Positions 60,363 through 64,000 of a DNA stretch of 64,000 bases are shown here, one piece after another (position 1 is the first letter of the stretch; each line of letters starts with the position of its first letter). Source of the stretch: Lingula anatina (taxonomy: Eukaryota; Animalia; Brachiopoda). The notes below the pieces were generated by a model that worked only from the letters and a program-made list of their open reading frames with translations, ran no database searches and was not told the DNA's origin. The stretch lies in NCBI GenBank assembly GCA_051362555.1, contig CM120641.1:31626401-31690400 (forward strand), in the 5' to 3' direction. The position numbers and the translations under genes are program-made.

Positions 60363-61654
60363 GGTTTTTAGCACCGCTGTAAGTGTTTCGACATAGCAGG
60401 GCTCCCCTACCCACAATGCAATTGCCATTTCCAGAAAAGACGAAAAAGGTCTATAGGTAAGAATTTGTGTCATTTTAATTCCAGACCCCATTGACCGTTT
60501 AATTATTGCCACATCTCAGGCTAGTTTCTCACCAATATGCTAAATCATGGGACTAAGTTCATAACACAAGCATATATACTTCCCAATAAGTAATGGCCTC
60601 TCTTTTTCTATGTAAGCCATTGTACCGGGTATATTCAGCAGTGAATTCATAAAACACAATCAACAGTTCAAGTACTGAACAAAATAAATACACACATGCA
60701 ATTATTACCTTCTGCCAGGGCCACTGATTGACTTTTCACTAGATATTCACAGAAATGTCTCTGGCTAATTCATGCACGTCTTCATTTTTTGTTCACGTAA
60801 CTGCTAGCTCACAAGCCTCTGCCAAATCCCTCTGACTGCAACCTAAGATCTAATATACCGTTTATTAGATCTCAGCTGCAACCAAGGCAGTTAATTACTC
60901 TGATCGTAATAGAGGGTATCGGAGGAGACAGGATTGTGCTGGAAGTGACATGCAGTAGTGTAAGACGTGAAGCTGATAGACTATGAGTGGTCATTTTTAG
61001 ATGGAGGTGAATGGGAGTAAAGACATGGGCTGAGAAAAAAAAGGAGTTTTTCCAACAACATAGTAATATAACATTTTTTCTTTTGGTATTTTGGGCAGTA
61101 AATACTTGTAAAAATAATATGCACATGATATGTAAATGTGTTACAATATTTGAAGGTGCAAAATCGTGCCTAATTTGCAGTCAATTTGTTATGATATATA
61201 TGCTGCATCGACCGACAGGGCGACAAAGAGTGTCAAGGGAAAAGCATTCCCACGAGGCTATAAATCGTTGTCATGTGGAATTTTTGCAAGTATGTAACCT
61301 GATATTCTCATATCTACTTATTTTTGGGTGTCTCATGGTATGTGCTGTAATTATAGCGATGTTTTAGAGTTCTTGAAGGACCTTGTGAAAAAACAGGAAG
61401 TAGTTCATAACTGACTACAGAAACGCACCAAACTACGATCGCTGTGCAATGATTTACCTTTTTATAAAGATTGTGACGAGTTTTTAGATGATTTTTATGT
61501 CCAGCTGACATGAAATTCCACATATATGATCACACTCATACACCTATTATACCGGGATAGGCACCAATCAGTAGCCAGTGCCATGACAAAGATGGCATTC
61601 TGAATAGAGCTGGTCTTCTTATTTGAGCTGTATGGCAATCCTAAGAATCTTTCT

Positions 61655-62150
61655 TGTAAGCTAAAAAAAAAAAAAAAAAAAAGTAACACAGTTTTCTTTT
61701 TATCATAACGTTTGTGGTGACAGTGCACGAAATAGGCTTTTTGTCAATTTTGATGCAATGTAACATAATGATTAAATGTATAATTATCACCAATTTTTAA
61801 ATGTCTTCTATTAATAACATGGACATTTAGAACAAGAGATAACTGAGATTAAATAAGTTTATTTTCAACACTTTTCTTTACATCAAAAAAAAAAAAAAAA
61901 ATCAATTTACTGTCATTTTTATATGATTAACAAAGAAAATTGTTGACATAGGAAAAATATCAATAGAACAATTTTAAATGTCCAATTTGCTCCATTTTGA
62001 GATTCTCAACATAGAGATTGATTGAATCTGGCAAACTGCAATATGAGTTTATTTCCATTTTTGACACTTTATTAGCCAATCGGTTTTCCTCGAAATGTGT
62101 TATCAGTGCTGCATATATGCTGAAAAAAAAAAGTGAAAATCCTTCGGTTT
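61655..62150 (-). mobile_element. HINE family A fragment
   Basis: Similar to 15900-17050 in the same orientation, with internal deletions. Confidence 0.7.
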
Positions 62151-62678
62151 GGGAGATATTTAGCATTTAATTCACAAAAAATTTGATAAGGGTGCATGTG
62201 ACAAGCTTCACACCTAGGCACCAACAGAGATCAAATTCCCGGGGGATCAAGTTGAGCTATGTGACCCAATTCCAAGAGATGGGGACACATGTCCTTGTAG
62301 TCTAGGAGTAGATGTAGTAACAATGACCTATATCCACTGACAGAACACGAAGCCTATGGAACTGGTCGAGACGAGTCGAGACTAAAACCATGAGTACTGC
62401 TACCCTCTACCAGGGGCGACAGATTGATTTTTCACAAGATATTCACATTTATATGTCTGTAGACAAATAGACAGTCATTTGGTTCTCTGGCACCCTGTGA
62501 TGAAATCTCAAGGCTGATTGCATGTCTGGTAATTGTTTGGATAACTGCTCAGGCACTGCCACTTAACATGCCCCAGTCAAGTCCCCTTGACAGCAGTCCC
62601 TTATGAATAGCTTGTTACTTAAGATTGAAGTTAACTGAGGAATCTCCTGTAGTAGCTTCCCACAGAGCGGGTACAATA

Positions 62679-62845
62679 CAGGGGCGGATCCAGGGTTATT
62701 TTCTGACAGTCTTCCAATTTATCTTTCTTGGTCCATCCTCCATTTTGACCGTCTTCCGACAAAAAGAATTAGATACCCGTCAATGTAAACTTGAAAATCT
62801 GACCGTCTTCCGGAAGACCCAGAAGACGCCCTAAATCCGCCCCTG
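62679..62845. mobile_element. MITE with 5-bp TSD (hAT5-like)
   Basis: TIR CAGGGGCGGAT/ATCCGCCCCTG; TSD CAATA. Older relatives at about 14146-14310 and 32113-32281. Confidence 0.85.
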
Positions 62846-62959
62846 CAATATAACGCCATCTACACGCATGCAGATTTAATTGCTTCCATCTGGCCAAAAG
62901 TCACAGGGCTTTTCCAAGATTTTAGTATTTATGGTAGTGAACATTCTACTATCTAGTCC

Positions 62960-64000
62960 CTTTTTATGCACAGACACAGATGTTGATCTGTTAAGTTTTA
63001 ATGAAGTTACACCCTTTTGTGTATAAGTGGTTTTTCTTCAGATTTAATTCTTGGGCATTAGCAGTCTCATTTTCAAACTAATTATATACTTGAAAGTGTT
63101 CTTTTTACATTTTCCGCATCTTAACAATATTGTTTGTATTGTGTAATAAAGTGTCAAAAATGGAAATAAACTCATAAAGTTTGTTCTAGATTCAATCATT
63201 CACTATGTTCATAATCTCAGAATGGAGCAAATTGGACATCAAAAAATTTTCTATTGATATTTTTCCTATGTCAACAATTTTCTTAGTTGATCATATAAAA
63301 ATGACAGTAAATTGATTTTTTTTGTTTTATGTAAAAATGTGTTGAAAATGGAAATAATCTCATTTCAGTAAAGTTATCTCTTGTTTACATTTTGGCATTT
63401 TCAAGGTGTGGCTTTGAACTTCCTTGGGCTTGAAGAGCTTTGCTAGTAACATTTTCTGAACATCCGTGAAACTTTTCTTTTATTATTAAAATTGATGGTA
63501 ATTATGCTGTTAAACATGTAATATTGCATCAAAATTGAGAAAAGAAAAACAATGTCACTTACTCTTCTCAAACTTTCAGAGAGATAACATAGACTTAAAT
63601 GCAGCCTGTTGGAAAAGAGTTTTTTGTCTGTTGTTCATTTTTGCAAAATTTTAATCTTTCACATATTGGCATTTTCAATGTGGTCCTTAGAACTCCACGG
63701 GCATGAAGCCCAGTGGTAATCAAATTTTCTAAATGTAATATTGCATCAAAGTTGACAAAAAACCCACTTCGTGCACAGCCACCACAAACGTTATGGAAAG
63801 AAAACTGTTACTTATTATTTTTTTTAACTTACAAGAATGATTCTTAGGATTGACACACAGCTCAAATTACAAAACCAGCTCTATTGGATTTTTTATTGAA
63901 TTTTTGCAATTTTTTGTAAAATTTTCACTTTTCTCATTCTGGCAATTTTTGAGTGTGAACTTGAACTCTCATGGGCCTGAGTCCCTATGCTTTTACTTTC
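62960..64000 (+). mobile_element. HINE family A copy running off the window
   Basis: 5' TTTTTATGCACAGACACAGATG followed by the family body sequence. Confidence 0.75.

Noticed and set aside
60880-61660. Possible Academ transposase relic (GGDRIV...DRL) and the 118-aa ORF 61011-61367
   Set aside because: Resemblance to the GDQLT...RL...DxH motif is too weak to call without a search.

Overview
AT-rich, intron- and transposon-rich animal genomic DNA, probably a marine invertebrate (taxon not determinable from the sequence alone). No rRNA, tRNA, CRISPR array or prokaryotic operon was seen. One intact host gene can be reconstructed by hand and is invisible in the ORF track: a 9-exon, 257-aa TPGS1 (tubulin polyglutamylase complex subunit 1) on the + strand, 20463-52251, with GT-AG introns and consistent phases throughout. 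The rest is a nested mobile-element landscape: a Polinton/adintovirus pPolB relic, a young 5'-truncated LINE, Tc1 relics, an Academ-type element, a RecQ-helicase-carrying TIR family with 8-bp TSDs in two size classes (three copies), hAT5-like MITEs with 5-bp TSDs, a 30-bp P-like mini-element, a rearranged intron-containing hAT, a DIRS/Ngaro element lacking its recombinase, BEL/Pao and solo-LTR remnants, and many Helentron-type (HINE) elements that carry internal satellite arrays. All family assignments come from motif recognition, not database searches, and boundaries of degraded elements are approximate.
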